This document shows, one piece after another, positions 39,497 to 48,746 of a stretch of DNA of 64,000 nucleotides (position 1 is the stretch's first letter; each line of letters starts with the position of its first letter). The stretch is from positions 600-64,599 of the forward strand of contig NZ_JAGWUA010000002.1 in assembly GCF_028868675.1 (NCBI RefSeq), given 5' to 3'. Source of the stretch: Bradyrhizobium sp. GTDB taxonomy: Bacteria; Pseudomonadota; Alphaproteobacteria; Rhizobiales; Xanthobacteraceae. The position numbers and the translations under genes are program-made. The notes under the pieces are model-generated. The model made no database searches, had not been told where the DNA came from, and saw nothing but the letters and a program-made list of their open reading frames with translations.

Positions 39497-40618
39497 ATGC
39501 CGACCAATGACGATGTCCTGAAAGCGCTGGCGGGCGTGGCGGGGCCCGACGGCCGCACGCCGCTGACCGAGACCGGCCTGGTCACAGGCATCAGCATTCG
39601 CGACGACAAGATTTGCGTGGCCATCAACGCCGCACCGGAACTCGCGCAGGCGCTGGAGCCGATGCGCGTCGCCGCCGAGGCTGCGCTGAAGGCGTTGCCC
39701 GGCGCCGGCTCCGCACTGGTCGTGCTCACCTCCGAGGCGAAGGCCGAGGACGCGCGTCCAAGACCTTCTGCAGCCCCGGCGCGCTCCGGCGGCGGCGTCG
39801 ATCGGATAAGGCAGATCATTGCGGTCGCCTCGGGCAAGGGTGGCGTCGGCAAGTCCACCACGGCCTGCAATCTGGCGCTGGCGCTGTCCCGGCTGGGGAT
39901 GAAGGTCGGCGTGCTCGATGCCGACGTCTACGGTCCTTCCATGCCGAAACTGTTGGGCCTGCACACGAAGCCGATCATCGGGCCTGATGGCCATTCGCTG
40001 CTGCCGCTGGAGAAATTCGGCGTCAAGGTGATGTCGATCGGTTTTCTGGTCGAGGACGATGCGCCGATCATCTGGCGCGGCCCGATGGTGATGTCGGCGC
40101 TGACGCAGCTCTTGCGCGACGTCGACTGGGGCGAGCTCGACGTGCTGGTGGTCGACATGCCGCCGGGTACCGGCGACGCCCAGCTCACCATCGCGCAGAA
40201 CGTGCCGCTGGCCGGCGCCGTCCTGGTCTCGACGCCGCAGGATCTCGCCTTGCTCGACACGCGCCGCGGCGCGGCCATGTTCCGGCAAGTCGACGTTCCG
40301 CTGCTCGGCGTGATCGAAAACATGAGCTACTTCCTGTGCCCGCATTGCGGCGGGCGATCGGACGTCTTCGCCCATGGCGGCGCGAGCTGCGAGGCGGAAA
40401 AGCTCGGCGTGCCCTTCCTCGGCGAGATTCCGCTCGACATCGTCATTCGCGAAACCTCGGACGGAGGAATCCCGGTCGTCGCCGGTTCTCCGGAAGGGCC
40501 TCACGCAGCCGCCTATCTGGCGATCGCGGAGCGCGTGAGCGCGGCGCTCCGGTCTCCCGCCAGGGCGGAGGCGGACGCCGGCAGGCTCGGGCGGTCCGGC
40601 AAGGCCGGTCGGGCCTAG
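39497..40618 (+). CDS. mrp: Mrp/ApbC Fe-S cluster carrier ATPase
   Basis: SGKGGVGKST, DADVYGPS, WRGPM, DMPPGTGD, ENMSYFLCPHC. Confidence 0.95.
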   Translation: MPTNDDVLKALAGVAGPDGRTPLTETGLVTGISIRDDKICVAINAAPELAQALEPMRVAAEAALKALPGAGSALVVLTSEAKAEDARPRPSAAPARSGGGVDRIRQIIAVASGKGGVGKSTTACNLALALSRLGMKVGVLDADVYGPSMPKLLGLHTKPIIGPDGHSLLPLEKFGVKVMSIGFLVEDDAPIIWRGPMVMSALTQLLRDVDWGELDVLVVDMPPGTGDAQLTIAQNVPLAGAVLVSTPQDLALLDTRRGAAMFRQVDVPLLGVIENMSYFLCPHCGGRSDVFAHGGASCEAEKLGVPFLGEIPLDIVIRETSDGGIPVVAGSPEGPHAAAYLAIAERVSAALRSPARAEADAGRLGRSGKAGRA

Positions 40619-41499
40619 AATTCCGCGCCTGCGCCGGAGATCTTGAGCAGCGCGCGGGCGGCCAGCGACAGATATCGCTGCCTGTGCCGGATCGAATAGA
40701 AGCGGCGCTTGGCGACGTGCAGAGGCAAGGCGACCAGCGTGCCTGACTTGATGGAGCCGTCGACCACGAGTCGCGACATGACGGCGAGCCCGGCTCCGGC
40801 TTCGACGGCTGCACGTACCGACTCGTTGGAAGGAAGCTCCAGGGCGATGCGGCGCTCGCCGATCTTGACACCGAACTTCTTCAGCGCGGCCTCGAAGGCT
40901 TCGCGGGTGCCCGAGCCTGCTTCGCGCGCCACCCAGGGGGCGGCCGTGAGCCAGGCCGAATCGGGCTTGCGCGGGATCCTGATGGTGGGTGCCGCGACGA
41001 TGACCAGCTGGTCTTCATCCATCGCGCGCGCGACCAGCGCGACATCGCGGACCTCGCCCTCGACGAAGCCGAGATCGACCTCGCCGGCGGCGGCGAGCGC
41101 GGCGACTTCCTGCGTGTTGCCGATGGCGAGGCGGACGGAGACTCCCGGGTAGCTCTGTTCGAAGCGATGCAGCCGCGGCGGCAGCCAGTAATTGCCGACC
41201 GTCTGGCTTGCCGCAACCGACAGCGAGCCGATCTTCAGCTCCGCCAGGTCGGCCAGCACCTGCTCGGTTGCCCGGCTTCTGGCGATCAGCTCCTTGGCCT
41301 CGTCGAGAAACGTCCTGCCGGCCGCCGTCAGTGCGATGCGCCGTCCCAGCCGGTCGAACAACGTCACGCCATGCCGCTTCTCGAGCGCGGAGATCGCGGC
41401 ACTCACCGCCGACTGCGTCCGGTTCAGCGCGGCCGCGGCATGGGTGATGTGCTGTCGTTCGGCGACCGCAATGAAGATTCGTAACTGCTCGAGGGTCAA
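40615..41499 (-). CDS. LysR regulator, YeiE/CysL-like
   Basis: TTG start; LEQLRIF HTH; SQTVGNYWLP, GFVEG, REAGSGTR, SNESV. Confidence 0.9.
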   Translation of the reverse strand: MTLEQLRIFIAVAERQHITHAAAALNRTQSAVSAAISALEKRHGVTLFDRLGRRIALTAAGRTFLDEAKELIARSRATEQVLADLAELKIGSLSVAASQTVGNYWLPPRLHRFEQSYPGVSVRLAIGNTQEVAALAAAGEVDLGFVEGEVRDVALVARAMDEDQLVIVAAPTIRIPRKPDSAWLTAAPWVAREAGSGTREAFEAALKKFGVKIGERRIALELPSNESVRAAVEAGAGLAVMSRLVVDGSIKSGTLVALPLHVAKRRFYSIRHRQRYLSLAARALLKISGAGAEF

Positions 41500-41612
41500 T
41501 GCGGATGTCCTGGCGGTCCGCGCTCGGCGGATGAAGAAGGCGCGGGTACGGCCCGGCCGCCCGTCTTCATATCACCGCGCCGGGCGGAAGTCTCCGCGAT
41601 CCGCTCGCCCGT

Positions 41613-42683
41613 TCAGGCGAGCCACCGGATCATCGCAAGCGTCGTCAGGCTGATGAAGAGGGTGGAGAACAGCCCGAGCAACAGCGGGCGCACGCCCTTC
41701 GATCTGATGTGGCGGATGTTCGTGTGCATGCCCATCGCCGCCATGGCCATGGAGAGCAGGAAGGCGGTCGCCGCCGAGATGCCGCTCATCTGCTCGCGCA
41801 CGAAGAGAGCCGCCAAGTCTACGGGTGTGCCGTCCGTGTGCGGCATGGCGACGAAGCTCGCGACGCCGACCATCGCGAGAAAGCCGAGGAGGAACCAGGG
41901 AAACGGCGGCCGCACCTTGACGTCCGCGCGGCCGAACCCGAAGCGGACGCTCATCTCGCCCAGGGCAATGATGACCGGCGCCATCATCGCCACGCGCGTG
42001 AGCTTGGCGATCGCGCCGACCCGCAGCGCTTCGGGGCCGCCGTCGAAGGCCGTCGCCATCACCTGGGCCACCTCGTGGATCGAGGCGCCGGCCCACAGGC
42101 CGAAGTCTCGCGGAGTGAGATGCAGGAAGCCGTTCGCGATCGGATAAAGCAGGATAGCGGCGGTGCCGAACAGGGTGATGCTGGCGATGGCGTAGGCCGC
42201 GTCTTCGTCATCGCCCTGCACGGCAGCCTTGGCGGAGATGATCGCCGAGGCTCCGCAGATCGACGTCCCGACCCCGACGAGCAGTGCCAGGCCGCGCGGC
42301 ACGCCGAGCACCCGGCCCAGCGGCACCGTGACGAACAGCGTCGACAGGAGACCGGCAGCGATCAGGGCGATGCCGGCGCCGCCGACCTCGATGGCCTGTT
42401 GCGCCGTAATCTGCAGTCCCAGGAGAATGATCGAGAAGCGCAGGATGCGACGGAGCGAAAACGCCACCCCCTCGCTCGCAGCCGCCGGCAGCCCGACGGC
42501 ATTGTGCACCAATGCGCCGAGAATGATCGCCATGATCATCTGGTAGTTCTTCAGGAAGCCGATGTTGTGCGAAGCGAGATGCGCGATCAGGGCAATGCCG
42601 GCCGTGACCGCCAGGCCCGGCGCGAGCGCAAGAATGATATTTCTGCGTCCGCTCGCGCGGACATCGACTGCGACGCTCGACAT
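41613..42683 (-). CDS. yeiH: YeiH/PSE-family putative sulfite/sulfate exporter
   Basis: LRFSIILLG, GTSICGASA, GASIHEVAQV, KLTRV, AMAAMG. Confidence 0.9.
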   Translation of the reverse strand: MSSVAVDVRASGRRNIILALAPGLAVTAGIALIAHLASHNIGFLKNYQMIMAIILGALVHNAVGLPAAASEGVAFSLRRILRFSIILLGLQITAQQAIEVGGAGIALIAAGLLSTLFVTVPLGRVLGVPRGLALLVGVGTSICGASAIISAKAAVQGDDEDAAYAIASITLFGTAAILLYPIANGFLHLTPRDFGLWAGASIHEVAQVMATAFDGGPEALRVGAIAKLTRVAMMAPVIIALGEMSVRFGFGRADVKVRPPFPWFLLGFLAMVGVASFVAMPHTDGTPVDLAALFVREQMSGISAATAFLLSMAMAAMGMHTNIRHIRSKGVRPLLLGLFSTLFISLTTLAMIRWLA

Positions 42684-42754
42684 GAGACGACTCCTCCGTC
42701 ACCTCATGCGCTCCCCGGCTAAACAAATCCAACTCATTGTATGGATGAAATTGA

Positions 42755-42767
42755 TCGATTTTATCGA
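42755..42767. promoter_or_regulatory. LysR-type T-N11-A box upstream of yeiH
   Basis: TCGATTTTATCGA dyad in an AT-rich patch. Confidence 0.6.
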
Positions 42768-43057
42768 ATAACGTTCATGACTGACGATGGTGCGGACGCG
42801 GTGCCGGTAGCATGGTCCGCCGTCCGCAACCCGAATCGCGCATCGTCATCGTCGCATACGCGATTCGAGTCGTGTCGCGACGACTCAGTGTGCCATCCCG
42901 ACAGCGCAATGCTTGATGCGCGTCGGCAGCGCTATGGCGCCTGGCAACGCGATTCGCGCGGCGCTCGCGCGCGATGATCCTGCTCGCTTCGTCGCGCGCG
43001 ACATCCGCGGCGTCACGATCGTCGTGATCGAACGAGTTCGCGAAACGCACCTCGGTT

Positions 43058-43071
43058 TTGATACAGCGCAA
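43058..43071. promoter_or_regulatory. FixK2/FNR-type box upstream of clade II nosZ
   Basis: TTGATACAGCGCAA fits TTG(A/C)-N6-(T/G)CAA; 490 nt upstream of the ATG. Confidence 0.6.
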
Positions 43072-43561
43072 CGCCGAGCAATCGTCATTGGCGTATGCGA
43101 TTTCAAAATTGACGTTGCTGGTCACATGCACAGAGAGCCAAAGAAGACTCCTGACGGCCCCAACCTCGGTGGATCGACCACTGGGGCTTTCGCGGCGCTG
43201 ATCGCAGATTCCCTGCATTTCGTGCTTTACGAGCCGCACGCGCGTACCGTCAGAGGTATTTACGCCCCGATGAGCTCGCATCGTTGTCGCGTGTCGCGCG
43301 CTCTGCATTCGGCGCCGTCAATGCGAGGCGCGATATGTCGCCTCATTCTTACCGCGCCGTCAGCGGCATCGAAAAAATTCCGTCGCAGCGACCTAACCTC
43401 GGTCAAGCCGCGCGAAGCGGCGGCCTCCATCGAGGTGCCGTCGGCAGTTGCCCGTCATTCCCGATCTGGAAATCCCATCCATGCCGAGCAGTGCGCCCGT
43501 ACGTCACTCTCGCCATGCGCGGGTATTCGAACACTACCGGTTAGACCCACAGGAGCGTGAA

Positions 43562-45853
43562 ATGAAATCACTATTGAAGATGTCTGTGGCCGCGGGGGCT
43601 TTGCTTTGTTTTGGCGGAACCGCAGCGTTCGCGGCTGAAAGCCTCGAAGACGTGATGAAGCGGCGCAACCTCAGCCAGAAGGACGTACTCGCGGCGGCCA
43701 AGACCTACGTGCCGACCGGAGGGCGCGACGAATTCCTCGTGTTCTCCTCGGGCGGCCAGTCCGGGCAGATCATCGTCTACGGCGTGCCGTCCATGCGCAT
43801 CCTCAAATACGTCGCCGTGTTCACGCCGGAGCCGTGGCAGGGCTACGGCTACGATGACGAATCGAAGAAGGTGCTGGCGCAGGGCGCCATCGACGGCCGC
43901 AATCCCAACTGGGGCGACACCCATCATCCGGCTCTGTCCGAGACAGGCGGCAAACCCGACGGCGAGTTCCTGTTCATCAACGACAAGGCGAATCCGCGTA
44001 TCGCCGTCGTGTCGCTGAAGGACTTCGAAACGCGACAGATCGTGACGAACCCGATCATGCAATCGGAGCACGGCGGTACCTTCGTGACGCCGAACTCCGA
44101 CTACGTGATCGAAGCGGCGCAGTATCCGGGCGTTCTTGGCCGCGGTTACGCGCCCCTCTCGGAGTTCAACGACAAGTTCCGCGGCGCGATCACCTACTGG
44201 AAGTTCGATCGTTCCAAGGGGCAGATCGACACGGCGAAGTCGTTCTCGATCGAGCTGCCGCCCTACACGCAGGATCTGTCGGACGCCGGCAAGGGCCCGT
44301 CGGACGGCTGGTCGTTCACGAATTCGTTCTGCGCCGAGCGCTATGTCGGCGGCATCGAGCAGGGCAAGCCGCCCTTCGAAGCGGGTTGCTCGGCCAACGA
44401 CGCCGATTTCCTCCACGTCATCAACTGGAAGAAGGCGGCAGAAGTTGCCGCAGCCGGCAAGACGACGAAGATCAACGGTCACGACGTGATCTCGATGCAG
44501 ACCGCCATTGCGGAAGGTCTCGTCTACCTGATCGCTGAGCCCAAGTCGCCGCATGGAGCGGACGTCACGCCGGACGGAAAGTACATCATCGTCGGCGGCA
44601 AGCTCGACACCAACGTATCGGTCTATTCGTGGGAGAAGATCAAGGCGGCGGTCGACGCCAAGCAGTTCGCTTCCAAGGACGCCTATGGGATTCCGATCCT
44701 CGACATGAAGCAGGTTCTGCACAAGCAGGTTCAGCTTGGCCTCGGACCGCTGCACACCCAGTTCGATTCCAAGCCGTGCATCGCCTACACCTCGCTGTAT
44801 GTCGACAGCCAGGTCGCGAAATACGACTATTGCGAGGGCAAGGTGCTCGACAAGCTGTCGGTGCACTACAACATCGGCCACTTGACCGCGATGGAAGGCG
44901 AGAGCGCCGCGCCTGCCGGCAAGTACCTCATCGCGCTCAACAAGCTGGCGATCGACCGCTTCAACCCCGTCGGTCCGCTGCACCCGCAGAACCATCAGTT
45001 GATCGACATTTCCGGCGACAAGATGGAGCTCTTGTACGACATGCCGCTGCCGCTCGGCGAACCGCACTATGCCGCGGCGATCGCCGCGGACAAGCTGAAG
45101 CCGCTGGTGCGCTACAAGTACGGAACCGACAGCCGCACGGAGCAGGACAGCGCGTTCGCGGTCCGGCCGGGATCCGAGAAGATCGTGCGTGAGCCCGGCA
45201 AGGTCACGGTCTTCGGCACGGCGATCCGCTCGCACTTCACGCCCGAGATCGTCGAGGTGAGCGAAGGGGACGAAGTCACCTTCCATTGGACCAATGCCGA
45301 GCGCGCCGAAGACGAGACGCATGGCTTCGCCGTGTCGACCTACGTCGGCAACCTCAGTCTCGAGCCGGGCAAGACGGCCTCGGTGACCTTCAAGGCCGAC
45401 CGTCCCGGTGCCTTCTCCTACTACTGCACCGAATTCTGTTCGGCGCTGCATCTGGAGATGGAAGGCTACCTGATGGTCAAGCCGAAAGGACTTGTCGAGC
45501 AGGTTGCGGCGAAGGCGACGCAAGGCGCGGTCTACGCCAAGGCCGACTATGACAAGCAGTACAAGACCAACCTCGATACGCAAGGCGTCATCGACACCGT
45601 GGTCAAGTACATCCTGTCGACGAACTACAAGGACTTCCCGACCGTCGTGGCGCTGGTCGACGATGCGACCGATCAGCTCAACTTCGTGAAGGACGCGCGC
45701 ACCAAGGCCGAAGACGCCGCCAAGAAGGAAGACTGGCAGCAGGCCACCCTCTGGGCCAACCAGTGGTGGCAGTACCAGGTCAAGGCCGCCGACATCGGCC
45801 TGCGCGTCAAGACCTATCTCGAGGAGCACGGCGCGAAGACCGTCGCGAAGTGA
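43562..45853 (+). CDS. nosZ: Nitrous oxide reductase, clade II (Sec), with a heme-less C-terminal extension
   Basis: Sec-type leader without RR; VMKRRNLSQKDVLAAAKTY; GDTHHP, SEHG, PHG, PLH, IGH, EPHY; CuA THGF and YCTEFCSALHLEM; ~125 aa tail. Confidence 0.97.
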   Translation: MKSLLKMSVAAGALLCFGGTAAFAAESLEDVMKRRNLSQKDVLAAAKTYVPTGGRDEFLVFSSGGQSGQIIVYGVPSMRILKYVAVFTPEPWQGYGYDDESKKVLAQGAIDGRNPNWGDTHHPALSETGGKPDGEFLFINDKANPRIAVVSLKDFETRQIVTNPIMQSEHGGTFVTPNSDYVIEAAQYPGVLGRGYAPLSEFNDKFRGAITYWKFDRSKGQIDTAKSFSIELPPYTQDLSDAGKGPSDGWSFTNSFCAERYVGGIEQGKPPFEAGCSANDADFLHVINWKKAAEVAAAGKTTKINGHDVISMQTAIAEGLVYLIAEPKSPHGADVTPDGKYIIVGGKLDTNVSVYSWEKIKAAVDAKQFASKDAYGIPILDMKQVLHKQVQLGLGPLHTQFDSKPCIAYTSLYVDSQVAKYDYCEGKVLDKLSVHYNIGHLTAMEGESAAPAGKYLIALNKLAIDRFNPVGPLHPQNHQLIDISGDKMELLYDMPLPLGEPHYAAAIAADKLKPLVRYKYGTDSRTEQDSAFAVRPGSEKIVREPGKVTVFGTAIRSHFTPEIVEVSEGDEVTFHWTNAERAEDETHGFAVSTYVGNLSLEPGKTASVTFKADRPGAFSYYCTEFCSALHLEMEGYLMVKPKGLVEQVAAKATQGAVYAKADYDKQYKTNLDTQGVIDTVVKYILSTNYKDFPTVVALVDDATDQLNFVKDARTKAEDAAKKEDWQQATLWANQWWQYQVKAADIGLRVKTYLEEHGAKTVAK

Positions 45854-45874
45854 GCTGACGCGAAGCAAGCAACG

Positions 45875-45905
45875 GCCTCGCCGCCATCGTCTTTGGCGGC
45901 GGGGC
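45875..45905 (+). terminator. Stem-loop after clade II nosZ
   Basis: GCCTCGCCGCCA-TCGTCTT-TGGCGGCGGGGC; no U-tract, so possibly an mRNA-stabilising hairpin. Confidence 0.5.
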
Positions 45906-45977
45906 GCAAGAAGCCAGAAGATCAATCTCGAAGCCGGGCGCATTGGTTGCGCCCGGCCCGATCCCGGGTACACGATC

Positions 45978-46634
45978 ATGAAGCCAATCCGTTTCTTCGC
46001 AGTCATCGCGGTCCTCGTCACGGCGTCGCCGGCGCTCGCGCAGACCGCGGCCTCACCTGCTGCGCTCGATGGCAAATCGCTGTTCCGGATCAAGACCTGC
46101 GTCGCCTGCCACGGGCGGGACGGCGCGAAGGCAATCCAGAACTATCCCGACCTCGCCGGGCAGGATTCGAAATACATGCAGGCGCAGATGGCCGCGATCG
46201 CCGACGGAAGTCGCGTCTCCGGTCCGGATGCGCGCGGCTATCCGCGCACGCAGGGCATGAAGGACGTGATGCATCTGACGAGCCCCGAGGAACGTGCCGC
46301 GATCGCGGAATTCCTGGCGAGCCAGCCCGCGCCGAAGCCGCGTCCGCTCGATCCGGCTCCGGACGCCGCGCGGCTCACCGCCGGAAAGGACGCCTATCTG
46401 AAGGGCGGTTGCGCGACCTGCCATGGCGCGGACGGTTTGAAGCCACTGGCGACATATCCGCTGATCGCGGGACAGAAGCGCGACTACATCGCGCTGCAGA
46501 TGACGGAAATTCGCGATGGAATCCGCAAGGGCGGCAAGGTCGCCACCATGGTTCCGTTCGCCAAGAAGCTCGACGATGCGAAGATCGGCCTGATCGCCGA
46601 TTACCTGTCGCAGGTCGAGCGGGCGCCGAAATAG
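45978..46634 (+). CDS. Diheme c4-like cytochrome c (NosC-type)
   Basis: Signal peptide; CVACH, CATCH; P.LAGQ/IAGQ motifs. Confidence 0.92.
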   Translation: MKPIRFFAVIAVLVTASPALAQTAASPAALDGKSLFRIKTCVACHGRDGAKAIQNYPDLAGQDSKYMQAQMAAIADGSRVSGPDARGYPRTQGMKDVMHLTSPEERAAIAEFLASQPAPKPRPLDPAPDAARLTAGKDAYLKGGCATCHGADGLKPLATYPLIAGQKRDYIALQMTEIRDGIRKGGKVATMVPFAKKLDDAKIGLIADYLSQVERAPK

Positions 46635-46668
46635 GCGCAGGACCCGAGAGACACGGAGAACGACGACG

Positions 46669-47415
46669 ATGAACAAGACTTTATTGGTGGGCATTCTCGC
46701 TGCTGCCCTGGCTGGAACCAGCCTGGTGAACGCAGCCGGACCTGCAGTCGACCAGCAGAAGTTCGAGGAGAACAAGCAGAAGAAGGAGTGGATGAGCCAG
46801 GGTGGCGAGCGCGAAGAGGCGCTCACGCTGAAGCCCAACAAGGACAATGGCCGCGAGGTCTACGAGGTCTGCTCGGCCTGTCACCTGCCGGAAGGATGGG
46901 GCCTGGTCGACGGGACGTTCCCGCAGCTTGCCGGCCAGCATCGGTCCGTCGTCATCAAGCAGCTCGCCGACATCCGCGACGGCCACCGCGACAATCCGAC
47001 GATGTATCCGTTCGCACTGCCGTCGGAGATCGGCGGCACGCAGGCGATCGCCGACGTCTCCGAATACATCGCGACCCTGAAGATGAACCCGGAGAACGGG
47101 GTCGGCAAGGGCGACGATCTGCAGCTCGGCGCGAAGCTCTACGCCGACAATTGCGTCCGCTGCCACGGTCCAGACGGCGCTGGCAACGCCGACAAATACT
47201 ATCCGCGCATTCAGGGCCAGCACTACGAGTACCTGGTGCGGCAGTATCGCTGGATCAGGGAAGGCAAGCGGCGCAACTCGAATCCCGAGATGGTCGAGCA
47301 GATCAAGAACTTCACGGACAAGGACACGCTCGCCGTGCTCGATTACGTCTCGCGCCTGAAGCCGCCGGCCGATCTGGTCGCGCCGAAGGGATGGAAGAAC
47401 CCGGACTTCAAGTAG
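46669..47415 (+). CDS. Diheme c4-like cytochrome c (NosC-type)
   Basis: Signal peptide; CSACH, CVRCH; PQLAGQH, PRIQGQH. Confidence 0.92.
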   Translation: MNKTLLVGILAAALAGTSLVNAAGPAVDQQKFEENKQKKEWMSQGGEREEALTLKPNKDNGREVYEVCSACHLPEGWGLVDGTFPQLAGQHRSVVIKQLADIRDGHRDNPTMYPFALPSEIGGTQAIADVSEYIATLKMNPENGVGKGDDLQLGAKLYADNCVRCHGPDGAGNADKYYPRIQGQHYEYLVRQYRWIREGKRRNSNPEMVEQIKNFTDKDTLAVLDYVSRLKPPADLVAPKGWKNPDFK

Positions 47416-47521
47416 GTCCCGGCGTTTCGGCCCAGGAATAGGATTGCGGAATTGGATTGCGGTCCGTCCCGTCGGCAGCACGGCCGACGGGCGGGGCTAT
47501 CGCAATGCGGGAGATCTGTTC

Positions 47522-48742
47522 ATGACGACGTCCATCAGCCCGTCCGGAAGGAGATCCACGAGTTCGCCTGCGAGCTCAGCATTCCGGCGAAAATGGGCGA
47601 TGCCGCTGATGCGCGTCGCCTCGCTCGTTGCCCTGCTGGCGCTCGGGGCGTCGTTCTTCGTGCCGGTCTGGTGGGTGTCGCTGAAGGCTCCGAATTATCC
47701 GGCGCAGACCTTCCCCCAGGGTGTCCGCATCAACTTCCACGTCAACCGCATCTCCAACGGCTGCGCGATGCGGGAGTCGAAGGAGGTCCTGGAGAAGGAG
47801 GCGCTCGACTGCGTGCACGAGATGGACACGATCAACCATTTCGTCGGCATGTATCCGATCGCGTCCGGAGGTCCGGTCGAGAAGCTGCTGTCGCCGTTCC
47901 TGTTTTCCTTCCTCGGCGTCCTGATCGTCGGCTTCGCGATGCCCGGCGTGCGGCTGCGAACGGCGGCGATGGCGCTCGGCTTCGGCGGGATCGCGGTGTG
48001 GATGTCGGTGGCGCTGTTTGCGCCGAACGGCGTCCGCTATCTCGATCGCGGCTGGGTGGTGGGCCTCGTCGACAGCCTCGGGCGCGCGGAGGACGAGGCC
48101 ACCAACGAGCAGCTCCATCCGGTGGTGAAGCAGCTCAAGGAATCGCTTGCCAGGAGCCATCTCGGCGAGGCGCCGGCGCCCAAGGCCGAGAGCAACGCCA
48201 GCAAGGACCAGCTGATCCAAGTCCTCAAGGCCGTCTACGAGCAGAAGGCGCCCGTCAGCCTGACCGAACCGGCGCCGGTGTGGACCGGTCGCGGCATCGA
48301 CGTGATGGCGTGGCACTATGAGGAGAGTCTTGGGCGCTGGTTCAACGAGCCCGCCAAGAACGAGCGGCTCGTCGCGATCATGAAGACGTCGCTCTACGTC
48401 GTGTATGGCGTCGTCCTGGCGGCGATGCTGGTCTTCCTGTGGGTCGCCCGCAAGCCGCGCTCGCTGCTGTTCTATGCGCTCGGCGCCATCCCGATGATCC
48501 TGCCCGTGGCCTTCGTCATGGAATACGCGGCCTGGCTCTGGTGGTACGGTCACAGCCTCAACGCGATGGGCGCGTTCACGCTCAAGCCGTTCATGCCGAC
48601 GGTGTTCGGCGACGGCAAGGTCGCGCAGTTCTCCACGCACTCCTATCCGTACACCGGCTTCGCGCTGATGTGCGTGGTCGGGGCGGCGATGGCGGTTGCC
48701 CTGCTGTTGCGCCGCGCCGCGCCGAACGCGGTGAAGGACTAG
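47522..48742 (+). CDS. nosB: NosB membrane protein (long form)
   Basis: WWVSLKAPNYP..FPQG, INHFVGM, WWYGHSL, FSTHSYP; position in a clade II cluster. Confidence 0.85.
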   Translation: MTTSISPSGRRSTSSPASSAFRRKWAMPLMRVASLVALLALGASFFVPVWWVSLKAPNYPAQTFPQGVRINFHVNRISNGCAMRESKEVLEKEALDCVHEMDTINHFVGMYPIASGGPVEKLLSPFLFSFLGVLIVGFAMPGVRLRTAAMALGFGGIAVWMSVALFAPNGVRYLDRGWVVGLVDSLGRAEDEATNEQLHPVVKQLKESLARSHLGEAPAPKAESNASKDQLIQVLKAVYEQKAPVSLTEPAPVWTGRGIDVMAWHYEESLGRWFNEPAKNERLVAIMKTSLYVVYGVVLAAMLVFLWVARKPRSLLFYALGAIPMILPVAFVMEYAAWLWWYGHSLNAMGAFTLKPFMPTVFGDGKVAQFSTHSYPYTGFALMCVVGAAMAVALLLRRAAPNAVKD

Positions 48743-48746
48743 GGCA

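Noticed and set aside
42913-43560. 215-aa (+) and 177-aa (42775-43308, -) ORFs upstream of nosZ-II
   Set aside because: Arg/Ser/Ala-rich with no motifs or clear RBS, and they overlap regulatory boxes and hairpins
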